Assembly: GCA_963728565.1 (NCBI GenBank)
Contig: CAVSLC010000005.1
Span: 64,001-128,000 of the forward strand
Origin: an uncultured delta proteobacterium
GTDB taxonomy: Bacteria > Desulfobacterota > Binatia > UBA9968
Length of the DNA: 64,000 bases
Direction: 5' to 3'
Shown here: positions 30,683 through 41,100 of the stretch, piece by piece
How the letters are laid out: each line of letters begins with the position of its first letter
Position numbering within the stretch: position 1 is the first letter of the stretch
Translations under genes and position numbers: made by a program
The notes under the pieces: model-generated
Database searches by the model: none
Told to the model about the DNA's origin: nothing
What the model saw: only the letters and a program-made list of their open reading frames with translations

Positions 30683-32675
30683 TTATTCAAGTTGTCCAGA
30701 AAACGCGAGCGCACCTTGCAACTGTTCATCGACTCTGAGGAGATCACGGCGTTTGCAGCCGTTGAACCGTTCCGCGGCACACTGTGCCCAGCGAAGCGCC
30801 AAGTTGCCGAGGCGCGGGTGGATGCGCTGACAGGGAGAAAGCGTTCCGGTCACCCACTGCCTGAATATCCCGCCATGCATACGGACGATTTCATCCTCGA
30901 GTGAAAAAATCATCTCATAGCTGCCGGGTTCGCCTTGGCGGCCACAGCGTCCCCAGAGCTGTCGGTCAACGCGACGCGAATCGTGCGGTTCAGTCCCGAT
31001 GACGTGCAGGCCTCCCAGCTCTGCCACGCCCGGAGCTAGGCGAATATCGGTGCCGCGGCCGGCCATGTTGGTTGCCACAGTGATCTGGCCCCATGCCCCC
31101 GCCTCGGCTATGACCGCGGCCTCTGCCTCGTCCTGGCGGGCGTTGAGCACACGATGCGGCACCCCGGCGGCGCTGAGTAGCTTGCTGCAAGATTCCGAGG
31201 CAGCTACCGACTTCGTGCCGATCAGGATAGGTCTCTGCCCGGTTCTAAGCTCGATGACCCGCGCAACGACGGCCTGCCACTTCGCTTCCGCTGTCGGGTA
31301 GACGCGATCACCCAAATGCACGCGGCGCGGCGCATGGTGTGTGGGTACGCGGACAACTGCCAGACCGTAGACCGACCAGAGTTCGCCGCGCACTTCACGG
31401 GCCGTGCCCGTCATGCCCGCGAGACGGCGGTAACGCCGAAAAAAGTGTTGGTAACTAATGCGTGACAACGGATCATTGGGCGCCGTGATCGCGCAGCCTT
31501 CTTTGATCTCGATCAGCTGATGCAGACTGTGCTCCCACGACCGATCTGCCATGATTCGCCCGGTATTCTCGTCGATGATTTGGATCTTGCCGTCCTTGAG
31601 CAAGTAGTGTGTGTCGCGGTGCATCAAGTGAAGCGCCGTCAAGCGCTTGACACACAAGCTCCTCGCGGCGCCAGGAGTTTACGAGAGAGGCATGGGACTG
31701 AAAAGATCCGACGGATCTTGCCCGACCGGACTCGGTTAAATGGATCAGCCGTTCACGCCCATCGATGGTGAAATCGATGCCGGTCTCGAGCTCGCCGGCG
31801 GCGCACCATGCGGCCTGATAATCGCCGCCGGCCTCCGCGCCATCGCTCGCCGGTTTGGAAATGATCAAAGGCGTGCGCGCCTCATCGATCATCACGCTGT
31901 CGGCCTCGTCCACTATGGCGAAATGCAGTCCTCGCAACAGCAACTGGGGTCGGTGCGACGGCGCAAGAGCGAGGCGCGCGATGTGTAATTGAAGCCGTCC
32001 TGACTGTTGCTTCAAAGCGATGCGATCGCGTAGATAGTCGAAAACCAGTTCGTTGTTTGTGCAATAGGTCACGTCACAAGCATAAGCTTGTCGGCGCGCC
32101 GCAGTGCTCATCCCGGAGGTGACGATGCCGACGCTGAGTCCGAGCGCGCGATACAGAGGGCGCATCAAGTTGGCATCGCGTCGCGCAAGATAATCGTTGA
32201 CAGTGACCACGTGGACGGGTAACCCCGCTAGAGCCGCGGTTGCACTGGGCAATGTCGCCGTCAATGTCTTGCCTTCTCCGGTATCCATCTCCGCGATCAT
32301 GCCGTTTAGCAGAATCCAGCCGCCCATGACCTGTACATCAAAGGGTCGCATGGCGAGCACGCGGGCAGCGGTTTCCCGGATGAGCGCGAATGCTTGCGTC
32401 ACTATTTCAAACTTCCAGGTGTGACCCCGCAGGTGATGGCGCAATTGCTCGGCGCAGGAGCGCAGCTCGCTGCTGTCAAGTGTCTGGAGTCGAAGGCCCT
32501 GAATCGACACGGCTTCAACAAAGCGTTGACAATGGAGTGCATGAATACGGAAATAGCGGACTGCCGGGCCAAGCAGGCGCGCGCAAGCCCGGTCGAGGCG
32601 ATTCTCGAAAGTGTGCCGGCGCTCCGCATATGCGCCACGCGGAAGCCCCATCGCTGGAAAACGCACGTCAGACAT
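30683..32675 (-). CDS. short SecA paralogue (~663 aa; one apparent extra base near 31641)
   Basis: EMDTGEGKTL, VHVVTVNDYLARRD, TNNELVFDYLRD, DEADSVMIDEARTPLIIS in ORF 31473-32687; GMTGT, VLNAR, ATNMAGRGTDI, SRRVDRQL.GR.GRQGEPG in ORF 30683-31657. Confidence 0.88.
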
Positions 32676-34812
32676 GGAACCTCGCAAGAAAAAGCTGACG
32701 CAACTGGCGATGCCAGCGGCTCGCTATAGGCTCCCAGCCATGGTCGAAGCGCACATGTACTCGTCCGCCGAACGACTGAATGCTGGCGCTTGCTGGAAGC
32801 GCCAGGTCGAACTGAAAAGTTTTTTCGACAGTCCTCAATCCATCCTTGTCGAGCGGATCGACCGCCATCCTGCCGCCGCCCTGATTGCCCAATGCGCTCG
32901 TCGGCAATTTTTCGCTGGCGGCAGGAACCTCGCGTTGTACCGTGGTCGTAAAGATCTCGTGAGGACGACCGATCAATCGCAGCTCGATGCGCTTGGTTTG
33001 ATGGCGCACCAGCTCGACATCGGCTTCGGGAACCACCACACGAGCGGTAAGCGCAGAGGTATCGAGTACGTATCCAAGCGTCGCGCCCTGATTGATAAAA
33101 CGCCCGGGCAGCTTTGCGGCATCAGGAATTTCAAAAATGCCGTCAGTACGGCTCCGAATCAAAAGATCGTTTACTCGTTCAGTGGCACGAGCGAGTCGTT
33201 GCTCGACGTGGACGATCTCGTCTCGCACAATCTGCGCTTGGCGGATGTCAATCAGGAGGAGCGCGCGATAGCGGGTATCCAGTTCGTCGAGCCGGGCTTG
33301 AAGCACCCTGACTCGGGCGGTGAGCTGCGGGTCGTAACACTCAATAAGAATATCGCCGCTTCGAACTGGCGAACCGGCGCGTGCGACAATGCGCTTGACG
33401 AACCCGTCGGTTGCCGCGCGCAGACGCGCCTGTTCGGGGAGCCAGATCACGCCTTCGGCGCCGGTGCGGAGGGGTAGCGGCAGCCAAAGGATCGCGGTCG
33501 ACAGAGCAACCGTCGCCAGCAAGCTTGTAGCTAGAGCTCGGCGGCGAACGATGCGAATGCCCGGGTCGGTGCATAAGTAGACTAAAGCTTTGACCAGCGG
33601 TCCGAGTATCCAGAGGACGATACCCGCCAGTGCCAACAAAACACCCACGAAGAAAAACTTGCCGGCAATAAAGAGCGTAATCGCCGCGAGGGCGAAAAGC
33701 CGATACAGAAACGCGGCGATGGGATACACCGTCAGCCAGACTCGTTCGGCGAGCTCTGCGGTTTGCGCTTGTGCGTCCTGACGGCCGAACACATAGCGCT
33801 CGCAGAGATACACCAGATAACGATGCGAGCGGGCACGCAGGTTCGGTATTTCCAGGTAGTCGGAAAGCATGTAGTACCCGTCATAGCGCAGCAGAGGGTT
33901 GGCATTGAAGAGGATCGTGGATATACCGGCAAGGAATAGGACGTTATATGCTGCCGTTCGGATCGCACCCGCTTCGATGTTCAACCAAAGAAACAGCGCG
34001 CATGATGCGATAAACAGTTCCACCATCATCCCCGCGGCGCCAACTACAATACGCTGCCACTTGGACGGAAAGGCAGAGGCGGACGAAGCATCAACATAGG
34101 GTATGGGTTGGAAGGCGATCAGCAGCACTCCCATCTCATGGACTTCCCCCCCATAGGCTCTTGTCGCCAAGCCGTGGCCGAACTCATGGAGAATCTTGAT
34201 CAGCGGAAATAGCAGCCACAAAACTGCGATATTCTGAGGCGTGAGAATCCGATCGGCGACCGTCAGGGTCAACTCCGACCAGTGGATTGCCGCTTGGCTT
34301 GCCGCCGTTCCGACCACAGCAAGCCATAGGATCAGAGCGCCGCGACATAGCAGTGGCCGTACCAGCGGCAGCAATGGCGTCATGATCCGTTCTGGATCGA
34401 AGAGCGGAAATTTCGTCGAAAGTGGATTCAGGAACCGGCTCTGTCGCTCCGTGCGGCACTCCCGTTCCTGACGCAGGAGCAGTTCCGCAAGATCCGCAGG
34501 GACGTCGCACTGCATCAGCTCTCCAGTGTGCAGCTGAGCCAAAAGTTGCACAACATCATTCTGTGTCGGCGCCTGGTCGCCGAGGTTTGCTTCCGCGGCT
34601 TGATACATTTCCTGCACTGTCAGGCTGCCGTTCATCAGGCCTAGGAAAGCGTACGCAGCCGAGGAAACGCGGTGTTGGCGGTATCTCGTATGATCCTGGA
34701 GCACGTACCAGCGTTTTCCTCGATACTGATGGCGCCGCACTTCCACGTGGCTGCGCAGGCGCGGCCGGAGAGGAGCAATGCGGTACCAATACGGATGGGA
34801 TAACTGCGGCAT
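32668..34812 (-). CDS. fusion of PqqD/RRE-like domain, M50 (site-2) intramembrane peptidase and HlyD-like adaptor domain
   Basis: HEFGHG (HExxH) and NANPLLRYDGYY (NxxPxxxxDG) in a multi-TM region; N-terminal wHTH pattern (..MNGSLTVQEM..TQNDVVQLLAQL); C-terminal ATDGFV..G..V..GD, hairpin, IRSRTDG. Confidence 0.85.
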   Translation of the reverse strand: MPQLSHPYWYRIAPLRPRLRSHVEVRRHQYRGKRWYVLQDHTRYRQHRVSSAAYAFLGLMNGSLTVQEMYQAAEANLGDQAPTQNDVVQLLAQLHTGELMQCDVPADLAELLLRQERECRTERQSRFLNPLSTKFPLFDPERIMTPLLPLVRPLLCRGALILWLAVVGTAASQAAIHWSELTLTVADRILTPQNIAVLWLLFPLIKILHEFGHGLATRAYGGEVHEMGVLLIAFQPIPYVDASSASAFPSKWQRIVVGAAGMMVELFIASCALFLWLNIEAGAIRTAAYNVLFLAGISTILFNANPLLRYDGYYMLSDYLEIPNLRARSHRYLVYLCERYVFGRQDAQAQTAELAERVWLTVYPIAAFLYRLFALAAITLFIAGKFFFVGVLLALAGIVLWILGPLVKALVYLCTDPGIRIVRRRALATSLLATVALSTAILWLPLPLRTGAEGVIWLPEQARLRAATDGFVKRIVARAGSPVRSGDILIECYDPQLTARVRVLQARLDELDTRYRALLLIDIRQAQIVRDEIVHVEQRLARATERVNDLLIRSRTDGIFEIPDAAKLPGRFINQGATLGYVLDTSALTARVVVPEADVELVRHQTKRIELRLIGRPHEIFTTTVQREVPAASEKLPTSALGNQGGGRMAVDPLDKDGLRTVEKTFQFDLALPASASIQSFGGRVHVRFDHGWEPIASRWHRQLRQLFLARFHV

Positions 34813-34824
34813 AGAAGAATCAGG

Positions 34825-36684
34825 CTACGGCGCCCAGGACCAAGCAAAGAGACGCAGCCAATCCAAAGCGCGATGGGTCCAGATCCAAATCAAACGACGA
34901 CGGCCGATCTCAATCTTAGCGACTCCTTCCATACCGGGCCGTAACTGTGGCAGAGCTTTTTCCAGTGCAGCCTCTACCCGGAAATAATTGCGTCCTTCGC
35001 TTGCCGCCGATACCGGTGTGATTTTCTGCACTCGGAAAGGCAAAGGCCTGGTTGGAAATGCAGCCAACGCGAGATCTCCGCGCTGTCCGACCACGACTTC
35101 CGCGGCGTCGCGTTCATCGACCTGCAGGACGACGCGGTAGGTGTTCAGCGGCGCGACTTCATACAAAATCTGGCCGCGCTCAGTCGGCGCGCCCATGGAT
35201 TGGCTCAGGTCGCCGCTGATCACGACGCCGTCGATTGGAGCGAGAAGGTGAGCGCGCGAGATTTGGTCTTCGATTAGGGCGAGCTCTGCCTCGGCTTGGG
35301 CGACCTGCGCCGCAGCGATCTTCACCTGGGACGCATTCTGCTGCGCCAGTGCGACGTTGTACTGCTTGCCGTACTGCTCTTTTTGGCTAAGCCATTTGAG
35401 CTGTTCGAGATTGAGATCGCGAGTATCCAGGGTCGCGAGAATTTCCCCGGCTTGCACCGTATCACCGGGGCGCGCTCTTGCGGTCGCAATGTAGCCATTG
35501 AAAGGCGCGACCGCGACCCGCTGGCTCTGTGCCTCGATCAGCATCTTGGTGGAAACGCGATATTGACCATTGGCGAAGATGAAAAACAGGATTACTGCGG
35601 CGGCCACCGCACTGCCGAACTTTGCTGCGGCATGGTCTGGTCCGACGACAGCGTTCCATCGCTCTCTTATTGCGTCCACGCCGCGGATTCTGAGCGGGCG
35701 TTCATCGCGCTTTTTCATTTCTAAAATCGGTCCGACGAGCGCTGCAATCGTTTCGCACATTTCGACGGTAGCGCCTTCCAAGGGACGATCGGCAAGCCGC
35801 TCCAAAGTAAGCACGCCGTAGATTTCGCCCTCGCGACCCAACGGCACAGAGCAGATTGCGCTGCTGCCGTGTCGTTGTGCGAGTTCCTGATGATGTTGAG
35901 CGATTGAACATAGTCTGTCTGAACTGGGCGGATACAGGATCGGTGTCTCCTGATCACAAGCTTCCTCCATAGCGGCTTCTATGGCGCGACTCAGGTTTGT
36001 GCGTTTGCCGAAGCGCGCATTGTGGGAAATCGCTTGCAGATTGATCCGGTCTTCGTCGCGAAAGCCCAGACTGACGCGCTCGCAAAACAGCCGTGTTGCC
36101 AGATCCGCTACCAACGCGGTGGCGGCCCGATGAAAGCTCTTCTCTTCGACGACAACCGCAAGTGCGTGGAGAACACCCTGTAAGCGCTCCTTCTGACGCT
36201 CGCTTTCGAGATATCTCTGGCGCTCCAGCATGACTTCCAGCCAGGCTGCGCCCCAGGAAAGCTGCTGGAGCGCGGTCTGGAGTGCGGCGGACGAACGCGG
36301 CGTGAGTCTAAGAACGACAACACCGAAGAGCTGCGGGCCGATCAAGATCGGATATGCGAGCTCATGGAATTCCTGAATGGCGCCGCCCGGACTACTGCGG
36401 ACTTTACGTTGAATGATCAGCGGCGACCGTTCTCGGATGGTCTGTTCGGCGGAAGCATTTAGTTCATCGGAGACTTTGTCGCCCGGCGGCCAACAGCCCT
36501 TGATCTTATAGGGGCCTTCATCGGGAGCGCCGATCAGCACAGATGCTGCGCTCACGCCGCCAATCAGCTGGCATTGATGCACAATCCAGGCTGCACAAAA
36601 ACCGTCCTCCGTGACCGCTCCGGGGACTCCCGTCCAGAGGGAATCTTGGCTGTTATTCGCTAACGCAGCATGGGCAGAACTCAT
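34825..36684 (-). CDS. GAF-domain-containing HlyD-family periplasmic adaptor
   Basis: Two GAF-like segments (ELAYPILIGPQLFGVVVL; ICSVPLGREGEIYGVLTLER), one TM, MFP motifs APFNGYI..PGDTV..GE.L and APIDGVVISGD; start at ATG 36684 assumed. Confidence 0.83.
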   Translation of the reverse strand: MSSAHAALANNSQDSLWTGVPGAVTEDGFCAAWIVHQCQLIGGVSAASVLIGAPDEGPYKIKGCWPPGDKVSDELNASAEQTIRERSPLIIQRKVRSSPGGAIQEFHELAYPILIGPQLFGVVVLRLTPRSSAALQTALQQLSWGAAWLEVMLERQRYLESERQKERLQGVLHALAVVVEEKSFHRAATALVADLATRLFCERVSLGFRDEDRINLQAISHNARFGKRTNLSRAIEAAMEEACDQETPILYPPSSDRLCSIAQHHQELAQRHGSSAICSVPLGREGEIYGVLTLERLADRPLEGATVEMCETIAALVGPILEMKKRDERPLRIRGVDAIRERWNAVVGPDHAAAKFGSAVAAAVILFFIFANGQYRVSTKMLIEAQSQRVAVAPFNGYIATARARPGDTVQAGEILATLDTRDLNLEQLKWLSQKEQYGKQYNVALAQQNASQVKIAAAQVAQAEAELALIEDQISRAHLLAPIDGVVISGDLSQSMGAPTERGQILYEVAPLNTYRVVLQVDERDAAEVVVGQRGDLALAAFPTRPLPFRVQKITPVSAASEGRNYFRVEAALEKALPQLRPGMEGVAKIEIGRRRLIWIWTHRALDWLRLFAWSWAP

Positions 36685-36703
36685 GATCGTCCGGCCACAG
36701 ACG

Positions 36704-36719
36704 GCAAGAACTATGCCGA
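36704..36719 (-). promoter_or_regulatory. possible sigma54 (-24/-12) promoter of the export operon
   Basis: Minus strand TCGGCATAGTTCTTGC = GG-N10-GC; very close to the assumed ATG, so uncertain. Confidence 0.35.
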
Positions 36720-36903
36720 CATTCCAGCAAGCGCGCTCTCTTGGTTGAGTCAGGGTTGTCGTCGCAGAGCGCGCCTCACAAGGAATCCAAGGGTGAAGAA
36801 ATCCCGAAAGACGAATCATGGAGCCCGGCAAGGTGAGTGAGTTTATGGCGAGACATGACCTCAAATCTGCCAGTTGCTGTGCGGAAACGTACGAAAAATG
36901 AGT

Positions 36904-37971
36904 TCAGGGAGACTCGGCGGCCGGTGCAAGACCAATCTCGATCAGAAAAACAGGACCATGATCGTGATTGCTCACCGTCACCGTGCCGTCGTGAGCCTCG
37001 ATGATCTGCCTGGAGATCGCCAGGCTCAAACCGGAGCCTTGATGGTGATGCGCGATATCCTGCACGGATAGCAGGTTGAAAATTTCTTCCTGCTGCTCCA
37101 TCGGAATCTTCTCTCCGTCGTTGGCAACTTCGATCCGCAGTCGGTCTCCAAGTCTATGAGCGCGTACCTCGACGGCACTGCCTTCGCGAGCGAATTTCAC
37201 GGCATTGTCCAACAGCGCGCTGATCGCAATCGTGAACAGCTTTAGATCTGCATCAATGCGCAAAGTTTCGTCGCCGGAAAACCGCAACGTGCAATGTTGT
37301 TCATTTTGCTGAAATGTTTGCCGATACTCTGAAAAGAATAAGCTGAGCGGGGCATTGGCCTTTTCGATCCGAACCTCTCCTAACTTTAGATCGCTTAACA
37401 AGAGTGTCTTTTCGCACGATTGCAAGAGTTTTTCGCCGCATCTCTGAATCTCATCGACAAATGTTTTTTCCTCGCCGACGAGGTGTTCGCTTTCACGCAG
37501 CAACCGAATGTAGCCAAAGATCGCGGTGAGCGGAGTGCGCGTTTCGTGACTGAGCAGATTGATGAGATTGGTCTTGATTTTGTTGATTTCCTCGGCATTT
37601 TTCAGCCGAAGAAAGACCTTTACCTTGGCGAGGAGTTCGCTCGCTTCGAACGGTTTCATGATGTAGTCATCCGCCCCAATTTCGTATCCGAAAAGTCTAT
37701 CTTCAAGCAACATTTTCGAGGACACGAGAATGATCTTCAGATTCGAAAACACGTTATTGCTCCGAATCCTGCGACACACTTCATATCCATCGATATCGGG
37801 CATCATGATATCCAGCAAGATTAGATCGACTTTCGGGCAAGTATTTAAATAAGCGAGCGCTTCTTCGCCCGAGGAGACGAGATGGATGGTATGTTCGTTC
37901 TCCAGGATCAGCCTGTAAATTTCCAAAATAATTGGGTCGTCGTCGACCGCCAGGATGGTTGCCGTCATCAT
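36904..37971 (-). CDS. cytoplasmic receiver + histidine kinase hybrid (REC-HisKA-HATPase)
   Basis: ILAVDDD..DLILLDIMMPDIDG..KPF; SHETRTPL; LLDNAVKF; GSGLSLAIS. Confidence 0.9.
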   Translation of the reverse strand: MMTATILAVDDDPIILEIYRLILENEHTIHLVSSGEEALAYLNTCPKVDLILLDIMMPDIDGYEVCRRIRSNNVFSNLKIILVSSKMLLEDRLFGYEIGADDYIMKPFEASELLAKVKVFLRLKNAEEINKIKTNLINLLSHETRTPLTAIFGYIRLLRESEHLVGEEKTFVDEIQRCGEKLLQSCEKTLLLSDLKLGEVRIEKANAPLSLFFSEYRQTFQQNEQHCTLRFSGDETLRIDADLKLFTIAISALLDNAVKFAREGSAVEVRAHRLGDRLRIEVANDGEKIPMEQQEEIFNLLSVQDIAHHHQGSGLSLAISRQIIEAHDGTVTVSNHDHGPVFLIEIGLAPAAESP

Positions 37972-38113
37972 ATATTGCTCATGCGCATCCGCCGTATCTT
38001 AACACGAGATCAGAAGCAGGACTGGAAATTTCAATTTGCTGTCCCTCGCAATCCTGTTGGCTCCGGCATTGCGTAAACCGCACTTCCTTTAGAAGAGGGA
38101 ACGACAAAACCGT

Positions 38114-41100
38114 ATGAAAGCGCCTTTAAGCGCCATCAGGCATCGTGATCTGGACGGCTGTTCAGTTAAACTACTCCAGAGAGCGGCCAAATTCGTCCAT
38201 CGGCTGGCTTTAAAACGGATCAGCAAGCACCGAGCAGCCGGTGCCATCCGCAGTCCAAGTGAGTTCATCATTGAACCTTTGGAAGAACGGCTGTTGATGT
38301 CGGCGGACCCCATTTCCGGCGGCATCGTGACTGTTGAGCCGGTTTCATTGCCAAGAAGCGATCCGGCGGCGATCAGCGCGCCGCTTTTGGACGAGTTGCA
38401 TACTACGATTTCGGTCAGCCAGGGAGAAGCGTCATCAATCGGCAGCGCATCACCGGCGAGGCAAGCGCGCAGCGAAGTCGTGTTCCTCGATTCGAGGATT
38501 GAATCTCGCGAGGATTTCGTTCGGGATCTCCTCGCCAACTCGAGTGCAATTCGTCAGATTGATGTTTTCGTGCTTGACGCGGAGCGCGACGGCATCGAGC
38601 AGGTAAGCGAAGCTCTGGCAGGTTACACGAACTTGGATGCTGTGCATTTTATTTCCCATGGCTCTGGTGGTGTGGTGCAATTGGGTGACACACGGCTCGA
38701 CCACGATTCGACACAGATTCGGGCGCAGGCCCTTGCTGCCTGGAGCGCGGCGTTGAGCATCGACGCTGACCTGCTCTTTTACGGCTGCGATGTAGCGAGC
38801 TCTCCATCAGGAATTGCGCTAGTTGAAAGATTGAGTCTCCTTACCGGTAGCGATATCGCCGCGAGCATTAATCGGACTGGTTTCGGCGAGTCCGGGGCCG
38901 ACTGGATACTTGAGCATCGGGTGGGGGAAATAGAAGCCGCAATCGCTGTGAGTCCATCGCTGCAAGCGGCTTGGGCAGGGATTCTGGCGACGCCGACCGC
39001 CTCCAACCTGAACACCGCGGAGAAGTACACCCTGAATACGCCGCTGAACCTCGCCGACATCGTGGTCAATGATGCGGATGGCGATGCCGTGACGGTGACC
39101 CTGACCGTGTCGAACACTGCGGCGGGGCGCCTCTCGACGGGCGCTTCGGGCGCCGTCACCTCCACCTACAATACGATCACCGGAGTCTGGTCGGCAAGCG
39201 GCGCGGTTGACGACGTCAATGTCCTGCTGGCCAATGTGAGGTATACCCCGAGCCTTCTTTTCCTCGGCAACTTTACGATCGCCACTCGTGTCGATGACGG
39301 GGGTTCTCCGCCGCTCAGCGGCGTTAAGAATATGTCCGCGGCACTTATCAACCTGCCGCCAACCGCAACCAATCTGAGCGCACCCGAAACGTTTACCGAG
39401 GATTCGGCGATCAATTTAACAAATATCGTCATCAGCGATCCTGACAGCCCCAATGTAACGGCGCGGTTGACCTTGTCGAATCCTGCGGCGGGAAGTCTCA
39501 ATACAGGCAGCTCGGGAGCGGTGACTTCAACTTTCAACCCGGTCACGGGCATGTGGTTGGCGAGTGGCGCGATCGCCGACGTCAACGCGCTGCTGGCGGG
39601 GCTCATCTTTACGCCGGCCGCCGATTACGATGATAACTTCACGATCAGTACCCGGGTGGACGACGGCGTCGCTGCCGCGATCACCGGAACAAAGAGTATG
39701 ACGGCAGTTCCCATCAACGACGCACCGACGGCCTCGAACCTGAATGCCGCGGAAACCTACACAGAAAATCAGTCGTTGAACCTGGCGGACATTGTGATCG
39801 TCGATGTGGATGGTCCGAGCGTCACTGCGATCCTGACTCTTTCCGATACCTCGGCCGGCAGTCTCAATACCGCAACTTCCGGCTCGGTGACCTCGACCTA
39901 TACTGCCGGAACCGGCGTGTGGTCGGCAAGCGGCGCTCTCAACGACGTCAATGCGCTTCTTGCGGGGCTGACCTTCACACCGACCGCTCTTTACAGCAGC
40001 AGTTTCACTATCGCCACAAGCGTCGATGATGGCGTGGCGCCGGCGATCACCGGCACGAAGAGCATAACGGCAAATATCATTAATGTGGGGCCGCTGGCGT
40101 CCAACTTGAGCGAGCCGGAAACGTACACAGAGGATATTGCACTCGACTTGATCGACATCGTCGCGAGCGATCTCGACAGTCCCAACGTGACCGTCACGCT
40201 TACCCTCTCCGACCCTGCGGCGGGCACCCTCGCTACAGCGACATCGGGACAAGTGACGTCGACATTCGAATCGCTGACCGGCACATGGTCGGCAAGCGGC
40301 GCGATTGCCGATGTGAACACGCTGCTGGCAGGCCTGACCTTTACTCCGGCAGCGGACTACAACAGCAACTTTACTATCGCCACCAGCGTCGATGACGGCG
40401 TGGCGCCGCCCGTCACTGGGCTTAAAATCCTGACCGCGGTCGCCGTCAACGATGCACCGGTGGCGAGCAATCTCAGTGAACCGCAGACTTACACGGAAGA
40501 TACGGCGCTCGACCTGACCGATATTGTGGTGAGCGACGTGGACAGCGCGAATGTGACGGTGACTTTGACGCTGTCGGATCCGGCCGCCGGCAGTCTCAAT
40601 ACCGCCACGGCGGGAGCCGTGACCTCGACCTACAACGCAGGGACGGGGGCGTGGAGCGCGAGTGGCGCGGTGGCGGATGTGAACACGCTGCTGGCAGGGC
40701 TGACGTTTAGTCCGGCGCTGAACTACAACAGCGACTTCACGATTGCCACCAGCGTCGATGACGGCGTGGCGCCGCCCGTCACTGGAGTCAAAACCATGAT
40801 CGCCGCGGCCGTCAACGATGCGCCTGTTAACAACCTACCACCGCCGCAAGCGACACCGCAGGATACTTCGTTGAGCTTCGGTGCGGGCGGCGGAAATGCC
40901 ATCTCCGTCACCGACGTCGATGCGGGAACGGATCAAATCGAGGTGACGCTGACGGCCGGCAACGGAACGCTTACGCTGCATTGGCCGTCCGGGACCGCCG
41001 CGCCCGCGGGTAGCGAATTCCGGATCAACACGATCACGACCGACCGTCAGGCAATGCTCAATGGCGAGTTCTATGGTGCCACCACCTCGAGTTCGGTGGG

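Noticed and set aside
30683-32675. Calling the SecA-like gene the housekeeping secA or an accessory SecA2/SecY2 system
   Set aside because: Too short, lacks the C-terminal SecY-engaging domains, and no secY2, asp or glycosyltransferase genes are present.
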